A model generated the notes under the pieces. The model was not told where the DNA came from. It searched no databases and saw only the letters and a list, made by a program, of their open reading frames with translations. The translations under genes were made by a program, and so were the position numbers. This document shows, piece by piece, positions 35,628 through 46,524 of a DNA stretch of 64,000 bases. The stretch is from Malacoraja senta. Taxonomy: Eukaryota. Within the stretch, counting starts at the first letter, position 1; each line of letters starts with the position of its first letter. The stretch is taken from contig CM075977.1 in NCBI GenBank assembly GCA_038087875.1, positions 115,816,001 through 115,880,000 of the forward strand. Reading direction: 5' to 3'.

Positions 35628-38230
35628 ATGGAATTAGAAGAGGAAGAAAGAGCTATGCCAGATGAACCATGTGGTGGTAAAGAAAGACCCAGACAACTTA
35701 AAGAAACAGATAATGCACATACTGCCTGCTTGAGAGAAACCAAGAGAGAGATAAATGAATTATGGTTACAGGTTAACAGATTCATTGATACACAGAAAAA
35801 ACTAATGGAATCAGAACAGAATGTGATCAAGGTGAAATCTAATATGAGCCAACTATGGAACCTCTGCGAAGAGGTTGCAAAGAAACAGAATGTACTGCTG
35901 TGTTCACAGCCGTCTCGGGAAGAAGCCAGAAGACACGCCCAGTGGTGGGAAGACAAATGGAAGATATTTAATGGTTTCATGGATAAGGCAGAGATGTGGT
36001 TATCTAAAATTATATCACAACTTACGAGCTTAGTAGCTGGCAGTGCGAAGCAACAAGGTGCCAGAATGGAAGGTGAAAATTCAAGCAGTGAAGCATCTGA
36101 CAGTTCAGATGATGAGTCTCCTGCGAAAGTCAAAGGACAACAAGGTTCGTACAGTGCTGTACCACCTCCCAAAATTCAGAATGGAAAAGCAGGCGTGACC
36201 AAGAAGAAACTAGCTGTAGGAGTGAGTAAAATGGAAATCAGTGACTTGTCAGATGAGAACTCAGACAGTAGTGATGAAGATGCAACCCTAAAACCTGCCA
36301 CAATAATTGCACAGAGGAAAGCTGACTCCACGCTGGCCAAGGTGGCTGCTGCCGTTCAGAAGCCTGCGGTCAAGAAGGCCAGTACCAGCTCGGACAGCGA
36401 GTCCGATTCTGAAAGTACCGAAGAATCTTCAAGCGATGGAGAGCCTCAGTTGAAGACCCCCGTAGCCCAAGTACGAATGGCAAAGGCCACGCATTCATTA
36501 CTGCCTGCAAAGTCTGTGGCCATAAAGCCGACAGCAGCAGCAGAGACTGCAGTAGCAGCTCAGATAGTTCAGGATATAAATCTGGTTATTCAGCCAGTTC
36601 GGTTTCAAGGGCTTCTGCTCGATTGGGAGTTAAAGCTGAGCTAGCTGCTCTCTCAATAGAAGCGGATGCCATGAAGAAGAAACATGAGATCGAGCGGGAT
36701 CAAGAAGCCATGAGGCGACATCAAGAAGAGATGACGTGACGGCAACAAGAGATGACACGACGGCAACAAGAGATGACGCGACAAGAAGATGAGATGAGGC
36801 GACATAAGGAACAACTGGAATTAGACACAAAGATGGCGGTGGCCAAAGCAAAGAAGGAGATACTGGAAAGTGAGGGGTCAAGATGCAGCTCTAGATCGTC
36901 AAGGACGATGGGCTCTGGATCAAGAAGAAAAACTGCTCGAAATGAATCAGCAGTTGGATCAATTCCACAATCGAGGTCCACCGGATTTCTAGGCTTTGAA
37001 AACCTATGGGAACAGAGGAAGATGGGTGAAACTTCATCTCAGCAAATGAGTGCTAGATCAAAACCAATTACTATTGGAGCGTCTGTGGATGCTCGAGACA
37101 AACCAATTGCGGACCACGCTTTTTCGAGGCCTGGTGCACAGGCTCGAGCAAGCCAATTTGAATCACAAAAGCCTGTTTATGAATAGGTGGAGCCAAGACG
37201 GATGGATTATTGGCACTGTTGAATAGGCAATCTGAATTCAATGAGATCATAGCTCAACAAAATACCTCTCTCATTCTACCACCAGTAGAAATTCCTACGT
37301 ATGGTGGAGATCTGTTGGAGTATGAAACTTTCGTAAGGGCATTAGAAGAAATATTAGAAACGGAAGTTATGAATGAGAAGGAGCGCTTACGATTTCTGTT
37401 GAAGTATACAAGTGGAAGTGTGAAAGCACTTGTAGAAAGTTGTCAGAAAGAGCAAGGCAACCAGGGCTCTAAAAGGCGAGAAGATTACTTGAAGAACGTT
37501 TTGGTGAGGAACAGAGGATTGCTAACGCTTACATGGAGAAGGCCCATGCTTGGAAAGGAATTAAACCAGAAGATGGGGAAGCATTGAGTGATTATGCAAT
37601 ATTTCTGAGAGATTGTTGCAGCTTGATGAGAAATCTCGGCCACATGGAAGAAATGAATCTTGTGAGTAATACTAGAATCATCTTGAGAAAGTTGCCCAGA
37701 AGACTGAGAGAAAAGTGGAGAGACGAAGCAGGCAAAATTAGAGATGAGAGGAACCAAGTAGCCAGGCTACCAGACCTGGTGGAATTCTTGGACAGGGAAG
37801 TATGGAACATGTTAGAGCCAAAGATTACAAACCAATGGCAACTAACAAAGGTTCTACCTTTACCAAAACTGAAGAAAGATCTGAATCTAAGAGGCGTAGT
37901 TTGCTATCACGACCGTACCTCTGGAAAAGACAGATGGAAGAAAAATAAATGTGTCTACTAGCAAGCAAATAGTATTTTGTTTGTTATGTGATGAAGTTGG
38001 TCACACCATAAGATGGTGTCGTAGATTCAAGATGAAAGAATATGAAGACAAGATGGATTTCTTGAAAGAGAAGGGAATCTGTTTTGGATGTTTGTAAAAA
38101 GGACATATGGTGAGAGACTGTAAGAGTCCTATAATTTGTTATGAGTGCAAACAATATCATCCTGAAGCACTTCACATTGAAGAAGAGCTGCCAGAGCACT
38201 GGGAAGAAGAAGAAGAAGAACCGGTACAAA
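35628..38230 (+). pseudogene. BEL/Pao gag (frameshifted) with coiled-coil N-terminus, low-complexity insert, DUF1759-like core and Cys/His knuckles
   Basis: LPPVEIPTYGGDLLEYETFVRA, RLRFLLKYTSG, RKLP..LREKW, DLVEFL; C..C...H, CFGC...GHMVRDC, CYEC...HPEALH. Confidence 0.85.
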
Positions 38231-38329
38231 TGGATGATGAATTACCAGAGCAAATAGAAGAAGAAGAACTGGAACAAACAGAACAGGGCGAGAAGCCAAC
38301 TACTAGAAATGCTATCACCTCGCCTCAAG

Positions 38330-39845
38330 TAACTGCTCATATTGGGGCCGGGGTAGAAGCTTGTAATTTTTCTATCTTACCAGTACAGGTAAGGAACAGT
38401 AAGACGAATACAGTGTTGCAAACATGCTTTTCTGGATCACGGAAGTTCGAATACCTTTTGCACAGAAAGCCTGACGACGAGACTGAATATCAGAGGAGAA
38501 GAGACTAAGATTTGATTACGTACCATGACTAAAGATAAAGAGAGCTGGAGTCATTGCATTACGAATATGGAGATATCCAGTTTGGACGAAGATAATTTCA
38601 TACCGATATCTGAAGTGTTTACGCATGGAACTATGCCTGTTGATCGTCAAAATATACCAAGACATGAAGACTTGAAGCAATGGCCTTACCTAAAGGATGT
38701 CAAGATATCTGAAATAAATTCTAGTGTTGATCTACTGATCGGAACGAATGTTTTGAAGGCTTTGGAACCTATACAGATTGTTAGGAGCCAAGGCGATGGA
38801 CTGTATGCCATGAAAACCCGACTTGGATGGATTATCTATGGGTCCTTGAAAAGAAACCACAAAATCGGAAATCAGATGAACTGTCCTGCCATTGCTATTA
38901 ATCAAATGTCTACTGATGAATTAGAAAAGTCGGTGATGAAGCCATATAATCATGACTTTAATGAAAGTACCAGCAAGGAATCCGAAGAGATGTCGAAAGA
39001 AGAGTTGAAGTTCATGGATGTTATGAACTACTCAGTGAAAACTGACAGACACTATTGTGTGGACTTACCTTTCAAACAAGAAAGTGTTAATCTGCCGAAT
39101 AATCGTCGTGTGGCAGAGCAACGTACCCAGACTTTGAAACGCAAGTTTGGCGAGAATAGTACATTTCATGAATTAAGAATCTCTTTGAAGAATAATTTCT
39201 ACAAGGATGATTACTTAAAATCCAGGTCTACTGAGCAGGAAACAATTCTACCAGTAGAACATCTGACTTCTCTTTGAAATAAGGGAGGATTTATACTTTC
39301 GAAGTGGAACAGCGACAATTGTGAAAGCATTCCACTAGCTAACAGCCAAAGAAACCAGAGAGTTGGATTTGGACAAAGACGATCTGCCAATGGAAAGATG
39401 TTGACACAGAAGAAAATTCTACAAATTAAGTTTCCAGAGAACTGACAGTGAACCGCTTCTTAAGCGAGAAGAAATGCATCAATGAACTAAAATCTCTCTG
39501 CAAGCCAGACAGAGAATGGCCAAAGCTTGAGCTGGGATTTGAAATCTCTTCTAATGACTCGGACATTAAATCAAACTTAACGGTGAACTTTATTGTTAAA
39601 GATCCTGTTATTCTTTTGAAGGATTTTCATACTTCAACTTTACTGTTACATCACATCCATGAGTTGATCGGACATGGAGGAAGACGTTTCATGCTGTTAA
39701 AGCTTTGGACTATTATGTTTTGGACTATATACTGGGTATCATGCCTGATTTAAAGGGTTTGGTATGCACGGTACGACTTGAATTAAAACCACTGTTGTAA
39801 TAAGATTAATAACTTAGTTGTGCTTGTTTCTAGAAGGCAAAAGTG
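38330..39845 (+). pseudogene. BEL/Pao pol remnant: protease region present; RT, RNase H and integrase largely deleted
   Basis: ILPVQV, AFLDHGSSNTFCTE, DLLIG, KTRLGW, LPFK..LPNN; then NNFYKDD, GGF.LSKW, HIHELIGHGG and C-terminal GLV..V...LCLFLE. Confidence 0.85.
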
Positions 39846-39902
39846 AAGATGGAAGAATCGATGAAGAATTCTGATTGCGTATATATAGTGCATGCTAATT
39901 TT

Positions 39903-39978
39903 TCCTCATTAGTATAGTGGTTTAGTATCCTCGCCTGTCACGCGGTAGACCGGGGTTCAATTTCCCGACGAGGAGCCA
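39903..39978 (+). tRNA. tRNA-Asp(GTC) gene/pseudogene with encoded CCA, inside the LTR element
   Basis: TCCTCATTAGTATAGTGGTTTAGTATCCTCGCCTGTCACGCGGTAGACCGGGGTTCAATTTCCCGACGAGGAG-CCA; cloverleaf with two stem mismatches; anticodon GTC at 39937-39939; TTTT at 39984-39987. Confidence 0.92.
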
Positions 39979-40093
39979 CAGGGTTTTATTCCCTGACCTT
40001 TTGCTTTTAATATATGTTAAGCCTTTATGACCACTTTTTTAATGTCTATTAGTAATTGCCTCATTATATACACGGAACAATTAGGGGCCGGTA

Positions 40094-40591
40094 TGTAGTG
40101 GCCATTTGGCCTGTTTTGCATGTCATTAAGGATGGCATGTGCCTTTAAATTTTAGACTGCCCGTTATATTGTGGGTGGGATTTATGACGTGTTTTTGGGC
40201 GTGTTTGGAGCTTAGATGCTTGCGCAGAAGTTTAGTTTTTAGATTAGTTTGGAGAGGCGATGGGGAAGGTTAACCCTTCTATCATGCGGGCCACATGCCA
40301 GATCTTGCCAGTGTTACGGAGACACGAGGAGTTTGCTAATGTCTAAAGTAATAAGCTGGAGTTCGAAGTAGTAGTAACGAGTCGGAAGAAGTTTGGATGT
40401 ATTTTACCGTTTTCTATCAACAATAAAGCATTTATTCATCATAAGACTGTTTTGAAGCCATATCTGTGAAGAAGTTCTGAAGGTCTCTGTGTGAGCTCGC
40501 ATGCTTTTAGAAGACACCCCCTTCAACCATTCTCATCTATTTAGCAGCTAGGGTGCTAATTACCTGAAAGATATGAAAATCTGCCGCTACA
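40094..40591 (+). repeat. 3' LTR
   Basis: Highly similar to the 5' LTR, with substitutions and small indels. Confidence 0.95.
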
Positions 40592-42094
40592 CTTATTGAG
40601 TGTTTTTGGACTTGCGCCTTGCTGATGCTGGATCGGCTTTGGGGATTCTGGAATTGAGAGATTTGTTGTCGGATTCCCTGCCTCTAATCTATTAAAACCA
40701 CTGCATTTGTACCAGATCATCTGCGTAGTTCAGATTCTGGTCACTGGTGAATCCTAACGCAGAATGTGATTGTCAGAGAAATTCAGTGGCGGTATTGCTA
40801 ACAAATGTCAAGGGCGATTGAAGATGATTGGGCCTGGGATGTTGCCAAATGAACCTTTACAGTGATTTTAAAAAATATATAGGTTGTACTGTTCCTACAG
40901 ATGAGATTTACTTTCTGCTGAGGTTTTATTCAAACTTTCGGCACATTCAATTTCATTCAATTTACATGAAAGCAAAAGACAACTTGTTGGAAATACTCAG
41001 CAAATTATTAAGATGTAATAATTCTCACTATCTAGATGCTGCCTGGGCTGCTGAGTGTTTCCTCCATTTTCTATTTCTTACAATTCAAATTAGTTGTCAC
41101 TCCACTGTGTAGCCACCTGCACTGGGCACCAGATGGCTCTATATAGCTACTTTTACTCTCAATTTTGTCTCCAGATAACACTTTTTTCTTCTGACCTACT
41201 CACCATTGCACGCATCTTTGTTTGTGTGTGTGTGTGATCATTCACTAATTGCCACAACGAATTAGATGATCATGTAAATATTGCAGGAATGAAGATGCTA
41301 CACACGGATGGCATCAATGAATGTTAACAATAACTGGGAAGTGGAGAAGTGAACAATGAAATATCTGGACTATAATTGCCATTTATGAAAATAATGGCAT
41401 TTTATACTCGTCTACTTTTAACTTAGTCAGTGGAACCAGCATTAAGGACAAACCCACTAAGGTTGATTTTCACATAGACAAAGCAAGAAATTGTGCATTT
41501 TCTATCAGACCATTGGTAATAAGATGCCCCAAAAGTTAACTCCACAGCAATGCAGAGCACTAATGCTTCTGGCACTCACTGAAGAAAGTTTCGGTCTCTC
41601 CTGCCATTGAATGCCAACCCAATACTCTTTGAGGTTGACAAAGTGAATGACCACATTATGTTATGTTTTTTTCTGCTGACTTCTGTGCTAGAATATATTA
41701 GAAATCAGCTGGAGGGTTGAGATGAAGAATCTTTCTGGAGATTCAAATTCACAGCAGCCTTCATTGCCCCAGAGTTAAACTCATTTTGTTCTTCTGCACT
41801 TTTTTATTTTTGTTTGTACAGCTGGTGAATGCAAATATTATACATTAAAATGTTATTTGAGAATAAAACACTCAAAATTCATTTTTGAGAATGCTACAAA
41901 CTTCTTTGCTATCATTCAAGCACATGCTCTGGTGATGTAGAACTCATACAATAAAGATACATCAGAGTAATGGCAGAAATGGAACGTTATTTATGAAGAG
42001 TGGCAGTATACTTATTTCTACTGGAAAAAAACTATGGAAAGTAGAGTTAAATAAAGTTTTTGAAGATATAGGTTTTGATAAAGAAAAACTATTT

Positions 42095-42315
42095 TCACTC
42101 AAGCAAAAACCCAAATATTGGAGGAATTCAGCAGGTCAGGCAAAATCTGGAGGGAAATGGACAGACAACATTTGAGGTCGGGACACTTCATCCCAACCCA
42201 AAAAACGTTGCCTGTTCATTTCCCTCCACAGAGGCGGCCTGACCCACTGAGTTGCTCCAGCACTTTGTTTTTTTGCCCACGATTCCAGTGTCTACAGTTC
42301 TTGTGTTTCCGTACA
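42095..42315. mobile_element. Old Penelope-type palindrome
   Basis: GGAGGAATTCAGCAGGTCAGGCA...GCCTGACCCACTGAGTTGCTCCAGC inverted arms. Confidence 0.6.
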
Positions 42316-42759
42316 ATTTTCACTGGTTGAGGGTAAAATAAACAGAAAAAAAATTGTTGAGGATGTGGAAATCTGAAATGCAAAAAAAGATTGTGGGATA
42401 GATCAGGCGAGGCAGCACTTGTGGGGGTTGAAATAGAGCTCATGTTTCATTTCAAGTCGCCTCTCATCAGTATGCAAATGCATTCTCGTGAGATAAAATA
42501 AATTTACATTGCAGAGAAAGGCTCAAGTGGAAAAAAAACAAAAGAGAAAGTCTAATAAAATGGAAGATAGGAAAGACTAAATGACTAAAAACATGAAGGT
42601 GCTAAGCAAAGGAATACTTGGCAGTGATAACAATGAGCAGGTTGATCATTTAGTAAACCAATTTAAATCTGATGGCTAAATACTAACTTTGACCTTTCAT
42701 CAAAATTGGGAAAGTTAGAGATGCACAATTTTAAGATGCAAAAGAAAGGAAAATGGTTG

Positions 42760-44100
42760 GGACCTTGGGAGTGTTGTAGAGCAGAAGGATCCAGGAGTAC
42801 AGGTAACAGAGTTCCATGAAAATGGTGTCACAGGGTGGTCAAGATGCCCTTCAGTACACTGGCCTTCATCATACGGTCAAAAGTGATAGAAGTCAAATTA
42901 GCCCATCAAGTCTACTCTGCCATTCAATCATGGCTGATCTATCTCTCCCTCCTAACCCCATTCTCCAGCCTTCTCCCCATAACCTCTGATGCCAGTCAGG
43001 GTATTGCGTGTAGAAGTTGGGATGTCATGTTACAGTTGTACAAAACATTAGTGAGGTCACACTTGGAGTACCATGCTCAGTTTGGTCACCCTGCTATAGG
43101 GAGGATGTGATGTCATTAAGCTTGAAAGAAACCAGAGAAGATTTACGAGAATGTTGCCAGGACCTGAGGGGCTGAGCTATAGGGGCGAGGTTGTGCAGGC
43201 TAGAAGAGCAGGAGGCTGGGGGGTGATCTTATACAGGTGTATAAAATGATGACGGGAATAGATAAACTGAATGTACAGAATATTTCACCCAGGATAAAGG
43301 AATGATAAACAAGAGGACATATGTTTAAGGTGACCGGGCAAGATGCAATACAAACCTGAGGGGCAAGGGTGGTGGACATATGGAATGAGCTGCCAGAGGT
43401 GGTAGTGGAGGCAGGTACTATAACAGCATTTAAAAGACACTTGGACAGGTATATGGATAGGAAAGGTTCAGAGGGATATGGGGCTAACAAGGGCAGGTGG
43501 AACTAGAGTAGATGTGGCATCTTGGTTGCATGGGCAAGTTTGGCGGATGAGCCTGTTTCTGTGATGTATGATTCCATGACTCAATGTTTCAGGTCATTGG
43601 TGAAACCACACCATCAGTACTGAATACAATATGGTGTTATGGTGTCTTTATTTACAGAAAGATATTGGAGATTGTTCAAGCAAAGTTCACAAGATTGATT
43701 CCCAGAATAAAGGGATTGTCTTATAGGAATAGTTAACCAAGTCGGGCCTGAACTGATTGGAATTTGGAAGAATGGGATATGTAAAGCACTATTGAAATAT
43801 ATACAGTATAATGTTCTGAATGCGCTTGGCAGGGTAGACGAAAGAAAGATTCCCCTTGTGGAGGAATCGTGACATTCTCAGTATAAGGAAGCATTTAAGA
43901 TGCACGAGAGATGTAATTTCTTCTCTCTTAGGATTGTGAATTTCTAGAATTCTCTAGTCTACGGTGTGATGAAGCTGTCATTGAATAAATTTAAGGCTAG
44001 CATGGATAGGTTTTTGGACATGGAGGAGTTGAGAATTATGGGGAACAGATAGGAAAATGGATTTAAGGCCAAAATCCATGATCTTATTGAATTATGAAGC
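42760..44100 (+). mobile_element. Old CR1 RT C-terminal fragments (two families), with a minus-strand CR1 tail at ~42868-42990
   Basis: MLQLYKTLVRSHLEY, WNELPEVVVEAGT motifs. Confidence 0.75.
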
Positions 44101-45039
44101 ACGCTTAGTTCCATAATTTCAACAGCTATTATGAGACCTTTCCATTTGTTGCCTAATATAAATCTTCCTTTCTTTTATTTTCTCTTCTCCCTTTTGCTCT
44201 CAATATTTGATTAACTATGGTTTTTCCAGTACTGACAAAGATCATTCTCTTGAAAAAATAATTTAATGCACCAGAATCTGGTGAGAAATACCATGATTTC
44301 CCAGTAACTGTATGTATTTAACCCTAATAAGATTTAGTGATTACTGTACCAACACACCAGTCATGAATTTACTGGCTGGGCTCTGATGGCATTTTCCCAG
44401 CTGCATTTCCATGTTGGACTGCAGAGCATGAACTTTATTAATTCTCCAGCATTCAAACTGGGGAAGTTGTCTCTTCATCCATTGTTGAGGCAAGGAATAT
44501 TTTGCTAATGGGGAGCAATCGAGTTAAGGACTATTAATTTTAGTTCCATGAGCAAATTGAAAAATACTTTTAATAAAATGCAAAGCTTTTGGAGAGAGCA
44601 GGAAAATAAAAATAATTTTGAATTGTTCAAGAAAGTAAAAAAAACATAAATAAAGGCAGGGGCAAGATATATAGTCCCTTGTGCTTGGTGCACCATTTAA
44701 TAAGACCACGGCATACACAGTGCTTCAAATTCCCTTTCCAATAAGTTCTGATACCATTATACCAGATAAAGAAAATGGGAGCTGGAGCAAAAGCACAAAA
44801 AGACATACTACAGGAAGTTCCCAGCATTTGCAGTTCCTTGTGTTTTCATACTAGTGGAGGATTTCAGCTTGTCTTGCAGCATCTGTGGAGGGAGGGATAT
44901 AATTCACATTTTTGTCATGTGATAATGCAAGGTCTTGATCCAAAACACTGACTATCCTTCTGCCTCCACAAATACTACCTGACCCGCTAAGTTCCTCCAG
45001 AATTCAATTTTGCTCCAGATTCTAGCATCAGTAGTATTA

Positions 45040-46260
45040 ATTGTTACTTAGCCTTAATTCCTCTTCTGTGCCAGTTCCCAATTACTTTTAATTCCTCAAT
45101 CTTTCAAATATTTAATTATTTCCTCCTTGAATATATTGAATAATACTGTCTCTACCACCCTTGGAGGCAGAAAATTCCAGGAATTCATTACCCTATGAAA
45201 GAAGAATTTTTTGCAAACCACAGTTTTAACTGACCAGCCAATTACTTTGTACCTATGTCCCTTTGTTTGTGACGATCCATTTGTGAATATATATCAACAT
45301 CCCTCCTAGCAAGATCTCTAAAGGCTCTGTCTTACGGTGTTGCGGTCATCGGCGGTGAAGCGCGGCTTCGCCTGTAGAGTGGACCGCACGGCAACGGCGA
45401 GAGCACCGAGCCTATGCCACGGGAGCGCCGCACGGATGCTGCACGGGGGCCGAGTGATTTAAATAAGGCTGGTCCCACGTGCTTGCAGTAAGTAAAAAAA
45501 AAGGGCGGGCCAACTGCGATGGCGTCATTTTGGATCTGCGGGGCTATGGCGGCGGCCGTCCTGATCGCGGCGCTGTAGCGGTGGCTGTGGCGGCGGCCGT
45601 GCCGCACACGTGACTCACTAGCGGCGGCGGCCGTCCTGATCGCGGCGCTGTGGCTGTGGCGGCGGCCGTGCCGCACACGTGCCTCACTGGCGGAGGCTGT
45701 GGCGGTGCAAGTTCGACGCACAGCGCTCGAGCCACACTGGCGGCGGCCGTGCCGCACTCGTGCCTCACTGGCGGAGGCTGTGCGGTAGGGACATATTTTT
45801 GAACAGTGTTGGTTTTATTTTAGCACCGTGCGGTGTTGGGAACAATGCCGCACGGCCCCGGAATTGTGCGTTTGACCGAGTGCGCGGTCTATGGCGGCCC
45901 AGGAGCGGTAGATTCTTCCCGTTTCGCCGCCAATGACCGCAGACTCGTGAGACAGGCCTTTTAGGATCTTGAATGTTTCAATAAGGTCGCTCCTCATTCT
46001 TCTAAAGTCTAAGGATCACAGACCCTTTTATTAGCCTGGTGAATCTACTGTGAACTAGTTTCAATACTACTACATCCTTTTTTAGGTAAGGCCATCAAAA
46101 ATGTGCACAGTATTACAGCCATAACCTCAACATTACTCTACAATTGTAACAAAACCTCCTTACACAAAAACTTCAACTCCTTTATAATAAAAACAAACAT
46201 GCTATTTGCCTTACTTGGTTGACATGCCTGCTAACTTTTTGTTATTCTTACACGAGAATA
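45040..46260 (-). mobile_element. Old CR1 3' fragment interrupted by a MITE
   Basis: MRSDLIETFKILK on one side and the 3' end sequence on the other. Confidence 0.7.
45321..45960. mobile_element. PIF/Harbinger-like MITE with internal GC-rich repeats
   Basis: ~40-bp imperfect TIRs (AGGCTCTGTCTTACGGTGTTGCGGTCAT / ATGACCGCAGACTCGTGAGACAGGCCT); TWA-like flanks. Confidence 0.8.
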
Positions 46261-46524
46261 TTAAGATACTTCTGAACTTCTGACATCCTTTATTTACTAA
46301 AAATCTACCTTGAGCTCAAACTTGACTATAGTTGAACCATAGTTTTCTGAGGTAGAAAATTGCAAAGATCCAACAGCTTGAAAACCTCATCTATTTTTCC
46401 CCCTTCAGCATCAAAGGAGACTTGAGATTCAGAACCCGATATGCATTTCTTCCTCTTGGAATAAAAAAAATATTTTTTCCCCATTGAGGTAGGGAATTAT
46501 AATTGGGTGTACAATGCTGTACAG

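Larger units (their letters stand above)
34556..40591 (+). mobile_element. Non-autonomous BEL/Pao LTR retrotransposon, structurally complete
   Basis: TG...CA LTRs at 34556-35029 and 40094-40591; CTTAT TSD on both sides; PPT-like TTAGGGGCCGGTA; BEL-type gag and protease; fragments of RT, RNase H and IN. Confidence 0.95.

Noticed and set aside
39903-39978. The internal tRNA-Asp as cis primer for the BEL element
   Set aside because: No TGGCTCC-type complementary PBS follows the 5' LTR.
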